DNA from: an uncultured delta proteobacterium | Lineage (GTDB): Bacteria > Desulfobacterota > Desulfobacteria > Desulfobacterales > QNYZ01 | Length of the DNA: 64,000 nucleotides | Direction of reading: 5' to 3' | Assembly: GCA_963845145.1 (NCBI GenBank) | Contig: CAWJQU010000015.1 | Coordinates: 1-64,000, forward strand | Shown here: piece after piece, positions 20,102 through 29,750 of the stretch | Numbering within the stretch: the stretch's first letter is position 1 | Layout: the number at the start of each line of letters is the position of its first letter | Program-made: the position numbers and the translations under genes | The notes under the pieces: model-generated | What the model was told of the DNA's origin: nothing | Seen by the model: the letters and a program-made list of their open reading frames with translations, nothing else | Databases searched by the model: none

Positions 20102-20503
20102 TTATCTTGTTGCCCTCCATATTTTAAACGGCACCCATACTACAACTCTAAGCAGTAAATAGATTAGGGTGACAGGGAAAAAGACGATTGCAAAAATGAT
20201 CCATAATTTTTCTAAGGGGCTCGATTCATTAACCGACTCATCATCTCTTTCATCCCACTCTTCTCCTTCATAGAATAGCTTTCCATCGAACCGATCTTTT
20301 ACCTCTACCAAAGCAGAAAACACAGAATCAGGAAAGCTACCTTCGCATCGGATCTCATGTAATGTTGTGTCATAAAAAATCATGAAATCCTTACAGTCCG
20401 AGCAATCTTTACCATGAGCATCTGAAATATTTGCTTTGTTTCGAAACTCGAAACAGGCCTGTTCGAAATTTGCAGGAACTTTAATCGATACTACTTGACT
20501 CAT
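20102..20503 (-). CDS. hypothetical protein with C-terminal TM segment
   Basis: 133-aa ORF with hydrophobic C-terminus; starts ~11 nt after a degenerate attC end. Confidence 0.65.
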   Translation of the reverse strand: MSQVVSIKVPANFEQACFEFRNKANISDAHGKDCSDCKDFMIFYDTTLHEIRCEGSFPDSVFSALVEVKDRFDGKLFYEGEEWDERDDESVNESSPLEKLWIIFAIVFFPVTLIYLLLRVVVWVPFKIWRATR

Positions 20504-20572
20504 TTACTCACTCTACGCATAAATGGCCCGCTTCACCTGCGCGGCGTATCCAACTCAGTGTGAAAACGGTGA

Positions 20573-21388
20573 GTTAGGACTAATGTATTTGATCATGTGG
20601 AAGTTCCAATTTTTCATAATTGTCCGCTTCTCTTGTATTCATGCCAAAGGTCTCACGATAAAACACTCTTTTGTAATAAAAAAATGTGCAGCTTCTCTTG
20701 TAAATAAATCTGTTGACCATCATCGAAAGATCCGCACAATCGATGAAGGGTGTCAAGAATGCGGGCTCGGTCATCTGGCTGGTGGGTCGAGCGATCGAAA
20801 GGATAGTTGCAAAATTCTTCATTATCAATAAATGTAACAGTGGTGCAAAATGTTTCATGGTTGTCGAGTTCAAAATCACTCAGTTTTATTGCGTTAAATG
20901 CTTGTGATAACGCCTCAGTTTCATCATCAAATAAATGAAAAAATTGTTGGAACTCACCATCCGCTGATGGCTCAACGATTACGACACGTCCAGCTTCAGT
21001 CAGCACTCGATAAGCCTCTTTAAGTGCAATATGGCTCTTCTGGTGGTGTAACGATAGGGTAAACAAAACCCTACTGAATGCCCCGTCTGCAAATGTGAGA
21101 GCTTCTCCATTTCCGGTCCTAAAATCCACCCTGGGATGCGCAAATCTCGCTTTTTTGAGACGGTTTAGATCAGGATCTATGGCAATATATTTCCTAGCTT
21201 TGGGAGACAGCAACGAAGAAACTCGCCCCTCGCCACAGCCAACTTCCAAGATATCTTGACCCTGACAATCAAGATATCGCTCTATCATTTGAATTTCTTT
21301 CTGCTCTTTATCATAATCCATATCATTGACCTTCAGAGATTATACACTACTAATTTTTTTATGATGTGGGTGAATTTGACGTCCTAAC
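20573..21388 (-). mobile_element. integron-type gene cassette carrying a methyltransferase
   Basis: Minus strand begins GTTAGGAC (21388-21381, preceded by GCCCCTCAGCTTGGT) and ends GTCCTAAC (20580-20573). Confidence 0.7.
20653..21321 (-). CDS. class I SAM-dependent methyltransferase
   Basis: ILEVGCGEG, SLHH, ALKEAYRVL. Confidence 0.9.
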   Translation of the reverse strand: MDYDKEQKEIQMIERYLDCQGQDILEVGCGEGRVSSLLSPKARKYIAIDPDLNRLKKARFAHPRVDFRTGNGEALTFADGAFSRVLFTLSLHHQKSHIALKEAYRVLTEAGRVVIVEPSADGEFQQFFHLFDDETEALSQAFNAIKLSDFELDNHETFCTTVTFIDNEEFCNYPFDRSTHQPDDRARILDTLHRLCGSFDDGQQIYLQEKLHIFLLQKSVLS

Positions 21389-21833
21389 ACCAAGCTGAGG
21401 GGCCAGGCGATTTTAACTCGAAACTTTCGGAGTATTCAGGAACACTCTTTGATAAATAGTTTAGGGAATTACTTGTATGCCTTCGGTCTTGCAAAAGTCC
21501 AGATCGTGCGAGAACTGTCGTAGCAGCGCAAATAGCTGCGATAGGAATATTTACTGAAGCAAACTGATGTAGAAATTTTTCAATCTCAACCTTTGGGTAT
21601 GACGCTTCCCACATTTCACCACCAGGAAGGATGAAAATAAGCACATCCTGGATATCAATTTCCGAAATTAATTTGTCCGGGACAACATTTAAACCACCCA
21701 TTGATACGACTGCTTTATCTTTAAAGCCAACAGTCATAACTTCAATTTTACCATATCTTCGGAGTTCGGCAAGAACATGTCCGAGTTCCCAATCTGCGTA
21801 TCCATCAAATAATGGAGCATAGGCTTTTTTCAT
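21384..21833 (-). CDS. DJ-1/PfpI family protein, probably C-terminally truncated
   Basis: FDGYADWE, ILPGG, AAICAA, HTSN; the last residues are read from attC-like sequence. Confidence 0.8.
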   Translation of the reverse strand: MKKAYAPLFDGYADWELGHVLAELRRYGKIEVMTVGFKDKAVVSMGGLNVVPDKLISEIDIQDVLIFILPGGEMWEASYPKVEIEKFLHQFASVNIPIAAICAATTVLARSGLLQDRRHTSNSLNYLSKSVPEYSESFELKSPGPSAWC

Positions 21834-21996
21834 ATTTTTTCCTTATCTTCATCTGATAAGTTCAACCAATTACCATGCCGAACAAGTGATTATACAGATC
21901 CAGATATCATGCCGTTTGTAATGATATTTGTCATAATGCAACTAATAATCGACATAAATGGGAGATGGACTGAATCTCTCCATTCAATAGACATGT

Positions 21997-22776
21997 TTAC
22001 CGCTCAATCACCGTCCCACCGTCCGATGACCGCCCCAACAAGCAATCGAACGTCCTGGGCCCTTCCCAGCAGATTATATGGACCCGCGCGACATCACCAT
22101 TAACCGCTTCAAACGCCGACGCCATCTTGGCAACCATACCGCCCTGGATGGTACCGTCGGCGATGAGGTTTTGGGCTTCCTGAACGGTGAGGCATTCCTG
22201 CGTCTCTTCCCCCACGCACACACCGGGGACATCGGTGATGTAGACCAGATCGGTGCATCGGGTTGCCACGGCCAGGGCGGATGCGGCGGTGTCGGCATTG
22301 ACATTGAAGCTTTGGCCTTTTTTATCGGCCGATATGGGGCTGATCACGGGCACCTGGCCTTTTTTTAGGGCATCCAAAACCACACCAGCATTGACCTGGT
22401 GAACCTCACCCACAAAGCCGAAATCATGTCCCTTACGTTTAAGGGGCTTGACGATAAACAGCCCATCGGTTTTACCGGACATGCCGCGACAGGCAAGACC
22501 AAATGCTTCCAACTGGGCCGTTATGCGTCGATTGACGGTCCCGGACAATACCCTTTCGACGATTTCGATATCTTCGGCCTGGGTGACCCGTATGCCGTCG
22601 ATAAAAACGGTGGGCCGATCGGCCTCTTTTAGCGCCTGGGAGATCTCCTTGCCGCCACCGTGGACGATCATCACGTCAGCGTCATTATGGGCCTTAATCG
22701 CCTCGGCCAGCTCGCGAAATCCGTCTTCCCCTTCGAAAGCCCGGCCACCAATTTTTATCAGAATTCGTGAGTTCAT
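21997..22776 (-). CDS. argB: acetylglutamate kinase
   Basis: IKIGG, IVHGGG, GIRVT, NVNADTAA, TDVPGV, GGMVAK. Confidence 0.93.
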   Translation of the reverse strand: MNSRILIKIGGRAFEGEDGFRELAEAIKAHNDADVMIVHGGGKEISQALKEADRPTVFIDGIRVTQAEDIEIVERVLSGTVNRRITAQLEAFGLACRGMSGKTDGLFIVKPLKRKGHDFGFVGEVHQVNAGVVLDALKKGQVPVISPISADKKGQSFNVNADTAASALAVATRCTDLVYITDVPGVCVGEETQECLTVQEAQNLIADGTIQGGMVAKMASAFEAVNGDVARVHIICWEGPRTFDCLLGRSSDGGTVIER

Positions 22777-22970
22777 TTGTTCGATTGTCCTAATTATAAC
22801 CTAAATTGAGCGATTTTTTACTCGCTCTGCGCCAATCTTTTTAGCGCTAAGGCTTTCAAAAATACTCGACATATCCAATAGGTGAAAGCTATCATTTCTC
22901 TGCGCATTCGATGCGCTCAAAGGTATGATTTTCATAAGATATAGGGTGTGATTGTCACAAGACATATTGT

Positions 22971-23558
22971 CTATTCAACCTCAAGAATCATCCCAACCTC
23001 ATCACATTTGAAAAATTTGGGGCACCGGCTGCATTCCCCCCACACTTTTGAAGGCAATTTTTCTTTTTTCCTGCGGACGAACCCCAAAGCCTTAAAAAAA
23101 TCCTCGGCCAGGGTAAACGTAAATAAGGTGTGCACCCCTAACCGAACGGCATCGGTTTTTAAAAAATCGATCAGCTTCTTTCCAAGACCGACACTCTGGT
23201 ACTGCGGATGGATAGCGATAGCTCGAATTTCGGCCACATCCTCCCACAGGACATGCAGACTCGCGCAGGCAATGATATGTTCCAGGTCGTTTTTATTGGC
23301 GGATGCCACCGTCTCCGCTACCACAAAATCGCGGATATTTTCGTATAGATACTGCGGCCCTCTGGATAGCATCAGATTCTGACTGGCAAACCCGTTAACC
23401 AGATCGAGAATGTTGCGGACGTCTGGAATTTCGGCTTTACGGATAGAAACTGAAACACCATCACCGTTTTCATCGCCGGATATCTGGTAGGCCTCGGTTA
23501 TCCGTTTTCCGTCCGGAACCGGGTCGGGAGGTATATCAAAACTGTCGCTTTTGGTCAT
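22971..23558 (-). CDS. GNAT N-acetyltransferase (short ArgA-like amino-acid acetyltransferase)
   Basis: LYENIRDF, LHVLWEDVAEIR, LPSKVWGECSRCPKFFKCDE; next to argB; start taken at ATG 23558. Confidence 0.85.
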   Translation of the reverse strand: MTKSDSFDIPPDPVPDGKRITEAYQISGDENGDGVSVSIRKAEIPDVRNILDLVNGFASQNLMLSRGPQYLYENIRDFVVAETVASANKNDLEHIIACASLHVLWEDVAEIRAIAIHPQYQSVGLGKKLIDFLKTDAVRLGVHTLFTFTLAEDFFKALGFVRRKKEKLPSKVWGECSRCPKFFKCDEVGMILEVE

Positions 23559-23838
23559 GTTGAGTTTTCCTTTTGAATCGGGTTGTAATGTATTTACTTG
23601 AATTCTATAGCATATCCACTCATGGAATAAAATACGCCCCTTAATTATAACTGGGGACCAACGGGGGTTCAATAGCAACTGCGCCTGTTGCCGTAAAATG
23701 GCATACTATGCTATAGACCACTCGGTATTTAGGACATTTAATCGTTTAATATTACCGAGCTGACGGGTCTCGGCAACGATTAATTGCAGACACATAGGGG
23801 TAGCAAGCGATCACATCTCATTTAGGGGGCACCTCACC

Positions 23839-24306
23839 ATGGAACAAACCGACATCGAAGTAGCGCTTAAAAAGTGTCCATTTTTTAAAAATATCGAACC
23901 GTCCGAACTAAAACAAATAGTGAATTTATGCCATACTGAGGATTTTGAAGCTGGAACAGCGATATTTGAGCAAGGTGATCTCGGCGAATGCCTTTATATT
24001 ATTATCGAAGGATTGGTGGAACTGGAACGTTCGGTGACGCTGACTCAAAAAAAAGGGCGCGTCGCGATTGATCGCTTGGGCCGCAACCGCCTGCTGGGTT
24101 GTTGGTCAACGTTGTTAAACCGGCCGCATATCCTCATGGCTTCGGCGACCTGTCATAAACCGACAAGGGTCATCGTGTTAAATGGAAATGACCTAAGACA
24201 CCTGATGGAAAAAGAGACGGATTTGGGGTTCCACATGCTTGAACGGCTCTGCTTTTTGCTGCGCGATAGAATTGAACACGCCTATGGGGCGTTGGAAAAA
24301 ATTTAA
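23839..24306 (+). CDS. cyclic nucleotide-binding domain protein
   Basis: IFEQGDLGECLYIIIEGLV cNMP fold; no HTH. Confidence 0.85.
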   Translation: MEQTDIEVALKKCPFFKNIEPSELKQIVNLCHTEDFEAGTAIFEQGDLGECLYIIIEGLVELERSVTLTQKKGRVAIDRLGRNRLLGCWSTLLNRPHILMASATCHKPTRVIVLNGNDLRHLMEKETDLGFHMLERLCFLLRDRIEHAYGALEKI

Positions 24307-24347
24307 CCGCATAAAATTCAGATGTGAAAACCTGACTGGGAAACAAC

Positions 24348-24887
24348 ATGCTCGACCCGAACCGACAGGCAGAAGAAGAAAAGATCGCCGCCGACATCCG
24401 CGTGAACCTGGGTGAGTGTGGTACCACGCGGCGAGACCTGATCCCCATCCTTCAGATGATCCAGGAAAGGCATCAATACCTGCCGCCGTTTGCCATCCAA
24501 TTGGTGGCCGACCATCTGGCACTGTCCGCCAGTGAGGTTTACGGCGTGGCCACTTTTTATAATCAGTTTCGGTTTAATCCCCCGGGGAAAAATCCCATCA
24601 AAGTCTGCCTGGGCACGGCCTGTCATGTACGCGGGGGCGATATTATTTTGGAGAATTTCGAACGCAAACTGGAAATCAAAGAAGGGGAAACCAGTTCGGA
24701 TCTGGAATTCAGCCTTGACCGGGTGGCCTGTGTGGGCTGTTGCGCTCTTGCGCCGGTGGCCCTGGTAAAGGATACACTCCATGGGCACATGGCCCCCAGT
24801 AAAGTCGAGGGGCTGATCCTCCAGATTGATATGGCACGCAAAAAAGCGGCCCAACAAAAAACCGATGCCGATCATGCCGAAGAATAG
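24348..24887 (+). CDS. NuoE/HoxE-like [2Fe-2S] subunit
   Basis: VATFYNQF, CLGTACHVRG, CVGCCALAP. Confidence 0.92.
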   Translation: MLDPNRQAEEEKIAADIRVNLGECGTTRRDLIPILQMIQERHQYLPPFAIQLVADHLALSASEVYGVATFYNQFRFNPPGKNPIKVCLGTACHVRGGDIILENFERKLEIKEGETSSDLEFSLDRVACVGCCALAPVALVKDTLHGHMAPSKVEGLILQIDMARKKAAQQKTDADHAEE

Positions 24888-26808
24888 CATCCCCCCCATC
24901 GAACGACTAAAAGAACTTCGTGAACGCTCCGAGGCCGCCCAAAGCGCCACGCGCAATGCGGAAGGTCCGATGATTCAGATCGGTATGGCCTCATGCGGGA
25001 TCGCGGCCGGCGCACTCGAAACCAAAAAGGCATTTGAAGATGCCCTGGTGGAGTATGGGGTGGAGGCATCCATTCGAACCGTAGGCTGCATCGGCCATTG
25101 TTATGCCGAACCGGTGGTTATCATCGATCACCCGGAGTCCGGTTTCCCACCCATTTTCTACCCGGAGGTCACCCCGGGCAAGGCCCGTATGCTGGTCAAC
25201 CAGTTCCTGGTAAAACACGATCCGCGATTTGAGCACATCCTGGGTGCCATGGAAGCCAACGAGATGATTCCGTCGGTGTGGGATTTTGCGCGCTTTAGTG
25301 AAGAGACACGGATCGTCACCGAAAAATGCGGCACCATCGACCCCGAAGAGATCGACGACTACATTGCCTCAGGGGGATATGAGGCCCTGGCCACCGCCCT
25401 GAGCATGAGTGCGGATAGTATCATCGACCAAATCGTATCATCCGGTTTACGCGGCCGTGGGGGGGCAGGTTTTCCCACCGGTAAAAAATGGGCCTTGGCC
25501 CTGAAAGCACCGGGGGATAAAAAAGTGGTCATCGCCAATGCGGACGAAGGGGACCCCGGCGCTTACATGGACCGAACCATTATCGAGAGCAATCCCCATC
25601 AGCTCATCGAGGGGTTGGCGGTTTGCGCACAGGCCATCGGGGCGGACACGGGCCTAATTTATATCCGCGCGGAATACCCTCTGGCCGTCCAGATCGTGAC
25701 CCGCGCCGTTAACCAGGCCCGGGAAAAAGGCCTGCTCGGCAACAACATTTTAGACAGTGGTGTCGATTTCGACATCGAGATCTTCCAGGGCAGCGGCGCG
25801 TTTGTATGCGGCGAGGAAACAGCCTTGATCCGATCGATCGAAGGGTACCGGGGGATGCCTCGCCATCGGCCACCCTTTCCCGTTGAGCAGGGCTTGGGGG
25901 GACACCCCACGGTCATCAACAATGTCAAAACGCTGGCATCGATTCCGCCGATCATCAACCGCGGCGCCGAATGGTTCCGTAGTATCGGCACACCAGAGAG
26001 TCCGGGCACGGCGATTTTTTCCGTGGTGGGCGATGTTACCCATCCCGGGTTGGTGGAAATCCCCATGGGCGTCACCCTGCGAACTTTGATATTCGATATC
26101 TGCGGCGGCATTCCCAATAAGAAGCAGTTTAAAGCGGTTCAAATCGGGGGGCCGTCGGGGGGATGCCTACCAGCCGATTTTCTCGACACACCCATCGACT
26201 TCGACTCGTTGATCGAAGCCGGCGCCATGATCGGGTCCGGCGGTATGGTGGTCATGGACGAAGACAATTGCATGGTCGACATCGCCCGCTATTTCCTCGA
26301 TTTTACCCAAAACGAATCGTGCGGAAAGTGCACTTTTTGCCGGATCGGTACCCGTCACCTGAAAGATATCTTAGAACGTCTCACCCAAGGGGAAGGTGTG
26401 GACGGTGATGAGGCCCTGATCGTACAACTCAGCGAAGATGTAAAAAACGGATCTTTGTGCGGCCTTGGAAAGACAGCACCCAATCCGGTATTGACATCCA
26501 TGAAATATTTTCCGGAAGAGTACCAGGCCCATATTGAAAAAAAGCAGTGCCTCGGAAAAGTCTGCCGGCCTTTGATCGCCTACTACATAGACCTGGAAAA
26601 ATGTGCCCGCGGGTGCGATGCCTGCGTCGGTTGCTGTCCCACAGACGCTGTTTTTACGACCAAGAACCGAAAAAAAGGGATCGACCTGGCGCTTTGCGTG
26701 AAATGCGGCGAGTGCCAGGTGGCCTGTCCGCCCGATTATGATGCCGTTATGCGAATATCACCTCCGGAACTGGCACCTGTCGTTGAAAAAGCGGAGAAGA
26801 AACCGTGA
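24874..26808 (+). CDS. NuoF/HoxF/HydB-like NADH-binding flavoprotein with extra Fe-S domains
   Basis: GLRGRGGAGFPTG, NADEGDPG, GAFVCGEET, ESCGKCTFC, C-terminal ferredoxin; exact start uncertain. Confidence 0.93.
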   Translation: MPKNSIPPIERLKELRERSEAAQSATRNAEGPMIQIGMASCGIAAGALETKKAFEDALVEYGVEASIRTVGCIGHCYAEPVVIIDHPESGFPPIFYPEVTPGKARMLVNQFLVKHDPRFEHILGAMEANEMIPSVWDFARFSEETRIVTEKCGTIDPEEIDDYIASGGYEALATALSMSADSIIDQIVSSGLRGRGGAGFPTGKKWALALKAPGDKKVVIANADEGDPGAYMDRTIIESNPHQLIEGLAVCAQAIGADTGLIYIRAEYPLAVQIVTRAVNQAREKGLLGNNILDSGVDFDIEIFQGSGAFVCGEETALIRSIEGYRGMPRHRPPFPVEQGLGGHPTVINNVKTLASIPPIINRGAEWFRSIGTPESPGTAIFSVVGDVTHPGLVEIPMGVTLRTLIFDICGGIPNKKQFKAVQIGGPSGGCLPADFLDTPIDFDSLIEAGAMIGSGGMVVMDEDNCMVDIARYFLDFTQNESCGKCTFCRIGTRHLKDILERLTQGEGVDGDEALIVQLSEDVKNGSLCGLGKTAPNPVLTSMKYFPEEYQAHIEKKQCLGKVCRPLIAYYIDLEKCARGCDACVGCCPTDAVFTTKNRKKGIDLALCVKCGECQVACPPDYDAVMRISPPELAPVVEKAEKKP

Positions 26809-27521
26809 CCGGTAAAGCCGACAAAAATAATATTTCCATTGTCGTGGATGGCCGATCCATCGCGGTCAGGCCCGGAACGATTTTACTTGAGGCTTGCCTT
26901 GATAACGACATCTACATTCCCAACTTATGCCATATTGAAGGTGCCGATCACCCGGCGGCGTCTTGTCGCCTCTGCTTTGTCGAAATTGGCGGCCAAACCC
27001 AACCGGTAGCCGCTTGCACCGTTCGCATCAACGCGCCTATGACGGTCAATACAGATACCCAAGGCGTTCGACGACTTCAACGTTCCGCATTCAATCTGCT
27101 GTTGTCGGTCCACGATGTCGCCTGCAAAACCTGCCCGGCCAATCGACAATGCGCCCTTCAGGATATCGCCCGTTTCTTGAAAGTCGGATTAAAGACCAAA
27201 GGCGTGCCCCAACGCCTGAAGCCCCAGGAGTGTATCGATACCCATCCAACCATCGACTATTGGCCCAACCGATGTGTGCTCTGCGGTCAATGCATCAATG
27301 CCTGCCAAAACACTCAAGGACAGCCCCTCATGACCTTTGCCGGGCGCGGATTCGACACGATGATCAGCTTTTACGCCTCGCCCGATAAATCACCCGATAA
27401 TACATCATCTGGTACATCACCCAATACATCACCCGATACATCATTGGGCGATTTCACCTGCACCCATTGCACTGCCTGTATCGAGGTATGCCCGGTGGGG
27501 GCTTTGACACCCAAAGAATAG
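26805..27521 (+). CDS. NuoG N-terminal/HoxU-like Fe-S subunit
   Basis: IPNLC, CRLCFVE, HDVACKTC, CVLCGQC, CTHCTACIEVCP. Confidence 0.9.
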   Translation: MTGKADKNNISIVVDGRSIAVRPGTILLEACLDNDIYIPNLCHIEGADHPAASCRLCFVEIGGQTQPVAACTVRINAPMTVNTDTQGVRRLQRSAFNLLLSVHDVACKTCPANRQCALQDIARFLKVGLKTKGVPQRLKPQECIDTHPTIDYWPNRCVLCGQCINACQNTQGQPLMTFAGRGFDTMISFYASPDKSPDNTSSGTSPNTSPDTSLGDFTCTHCTACIEVCPVGALTPKE

Positions 27522-27816
27522 GCGGCTTTAGCATTTCTTTTTTTGAGAGATTGGATCCGTTTCCGGAATGGCCTGTGATGCCTACACCCCGATCTTCCAC
27601 ATAATACGCCCAACAATATTCCCTGTACCACCCACTCTTTGCGCGATGGCCTTTCCAAAGGCACTGTTGCAGAGCCGGATCGAATGATTATTCTGAAATA
27701 TAGTGCCTATTCAACCGATACGCATAAACAAACCCAAGAAAGGTCGCTACGATTTTTTTTCCAGCTTTAACAAAAAAACGAATCAATACCATATTAACGG
27801 CATCCTAAGGTGACAC

Positions 27817-29475
27817 GTGTATCTGAACGAAACAAATCCCAATCAGATTAAGACCGTGCCGGCTCAAGCTTCGACAGGCACGCTCTCTTCACTACTATTT
27901 GATAATCGATTCACCCATGAGCTGCCGGCCGATGCCGACACCGAGAATAAGCGCCGCGAAGTACGCGGGGCAGCCTACTCGGTGGTTTTGCCGACTCCGG
28001 TGGTTGCGCCCGAACTCATTGCATATTCCAGTGAAGCCGCTAAACTTCTGGATCTCTCCCCAGAAACATGTGAATCCCCTGAATTTGCCCAGGTCTTCGC
28101 CGGGAATCGACAGTTGCCCGGTATGATCCCCTATGCCACGTGCTACGGTGGTCACCAATTCGGCAATTGGGCCGGTCAATTGGGGGATGGACGCGCCATC
28201 AACCTGGGCGAAATCGTCAATCAACGCAAAGAACGCTGGGCTCTCCAGCTCAAGGGGGCCGGCCCCACACCATACTCCCGAATGGGGGATGGATGGGCGG
28301 TTGTCCGCTCCTCCATACGCGAATTTCTATGCAGCGAAGCCATGTTTCATCTGGGCGTGCCAACCACACGCGCCTTAAGTTTAATATTGACCGGCGAACA
28401 GGTGGAGCGGGACATGTTCTATGATGGCCATCCTAAAATGGAACCGGGCGCCATTGTCTGCCGTCTGGCACCTTCGTTCACACGCTTTGGCAACTTTCAG
28501 ATATTTTCCTCACGGGATGAGCATGCGCTATTGAAGCAGCTGATGGATTACACCATTCGTACCGATTTTCCACATCTGGGGGAACCGACTCCGGAAAGTT
28601 ATGTCAACTGGTTTGAAGAAGTATGTCGCACCACGGCCGATATGATCATACACTGGATGCGGGTGGGGTTCGTTCATGGCGTGATGAACACGGATAACAT
28701 GTCGATCCTTGGACTCACTATCGATTACGGCCCATACGGCTGGCTCGAAGATTACGATCCCAACTGGACCCCCAACACAACGGATGCCTCTCACGGCCGC
28801 TACCGTTTTATCCATCAACCGCAAGTTGCCCATTGGAACCTCGGTCAGTTGGCCAATGCCATCTATCCGTTAATCGGCCAAACAGACCCACTGCAAAAGG
28901 GATTGGCCGACTTTGCAATCCGCTATCAAAAGGGATGGCGAACGATGATGGCCCAAAAGCTGGGTTTCAAACAATTTCGGGCTGAAACCGATGAGGGCCT
29001 TATTGGCGAATTGATGGCCATCCTGGTGTTGGTTGAAACCGACATGACGATTTTCTTTCGTCGCCTGGCGAATCTGCATGGGCCGGATAAAGACGTTAGC
29101 GCTGTGAATGACAACGCGCTCATGGCACCCCTTTTAGAGGCCTATTACAAACCGGAACAGTTAACACCGGATTATCAATCCCGACTGGCAAGCTGGCTTC
29201 GAAACTATTTCCAACGTGCCCAATTAGAGTCCATGCCACCGGAAATCAGACAAAAACAGATGAATAAGGTGAATCCAAAATACGTTTTGCGCAACTATCT
29301 GGCCCAACTCGCCATCGACAAAGTTGAAGACGGTGATTTTTCCATGGTTCACGAATTGCTCGATTTGTTTCGACGCCCCTATGACGAGCAACCCGAAAAG
29401 GAAGTCTATGCGGCCAAACGCCCCGACTGGGCCCGCCACCGCCCTGGATGTTCCAAGCTCTCGTGCAGTTCCTGA
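27817..29475 (+). CDS. selO: protein adenylyltransferase SelO (YdiU)
   Basis: YGGHQFG, LGDGRA, QLKGAG.TPYSR, GFVHGVMNTDN, IDYGP, C-terminal SCSS. Confidence 0.95.
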   Translation: MYLNETNPNQIKTVPAQASTGTLSSLLFDNRFTHELPADADTENKRREVRGAAYSVVLPTPVVAPELIAYSSEAAKLLDLSPETCESPEFAQVFAGNRQLPGMIPYATCYGGHQFGNWAGQLGDGRAINLGEIVNQRKERWALQLKGAGPTPYSRMGDGWAVVRSSIREFLCSEAMFHLGVPTTRALSLILTGEQVERDMFYDGHPKMEPGAIVCRLAPSFTRFGNFQIFSSRDEHALLKQLMDYTIRTDFPHLGEPTPESYVNWFEEVCRTTADMIIHWMRVGFVHGVMNTDNMSILGLTIDYGPYGWLEDYDPNWTPNTTDASHGRYRFIHQPQVAHWNLGQLANAIYPLIGQTDPLQKGLADFAIRYQKGWRTMMAQKLGFKQFRAETDEGLIGELMAILVLVETDMTIFFRRLANLHGPDKDVSAVNDNALMAPLLEAYYKPEQLTPDYQSRLASWLRNYFQRAQLESMPPEIRQKQMNKVNPKYVLRNYLAQLAIDKVEDGDFSMVHELLDLFRRPYDEQPEKEVYAAKRPDWARHRPGCSKLSCSS

Positions 29476-29607
29476 TGGTTTCCTTTGCCGTCCTGACAGA
29501 ACACAAACGAAAGCAGGAAAAAAGACCTTTCTGAACAATTAGAGACCCGTTCATTTTCAACCAGTTCCAACCCAGTCCTGAAAAAATAATCGAATCTATC
29601 GATATAA

Positions 29608-29647
29608 TATGCTATATAATATATTATTTAGCATTTTATTATTGACA
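29608..29647 (+). promoter_or_regulatory. 28-bp palindrome next to a TTGACA hexamer upstream of the TRAP operon
   Basis: AATGCTATATAATATATTATTTAGCATT (one mismatched pair) at 29608-29635; TTGACA at 29642. Confidence 0.55.
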
Positions 29648-29750
29648 AATATTTAACATTTTGAAAAGGAAACGATCATGGGGTCTACTTGTCGAGCCCC
29701 TTAATATATGGAGAAGGATTCATTGATCTTAAAAAATTGAGGAGGAAAGA

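Noticed and set aside
29440..29520. Selenocysteine read-through at the selO TGA
   Set aside because: The protein already ends in the usual bacterial SCSS, so TGA is best read as stop.
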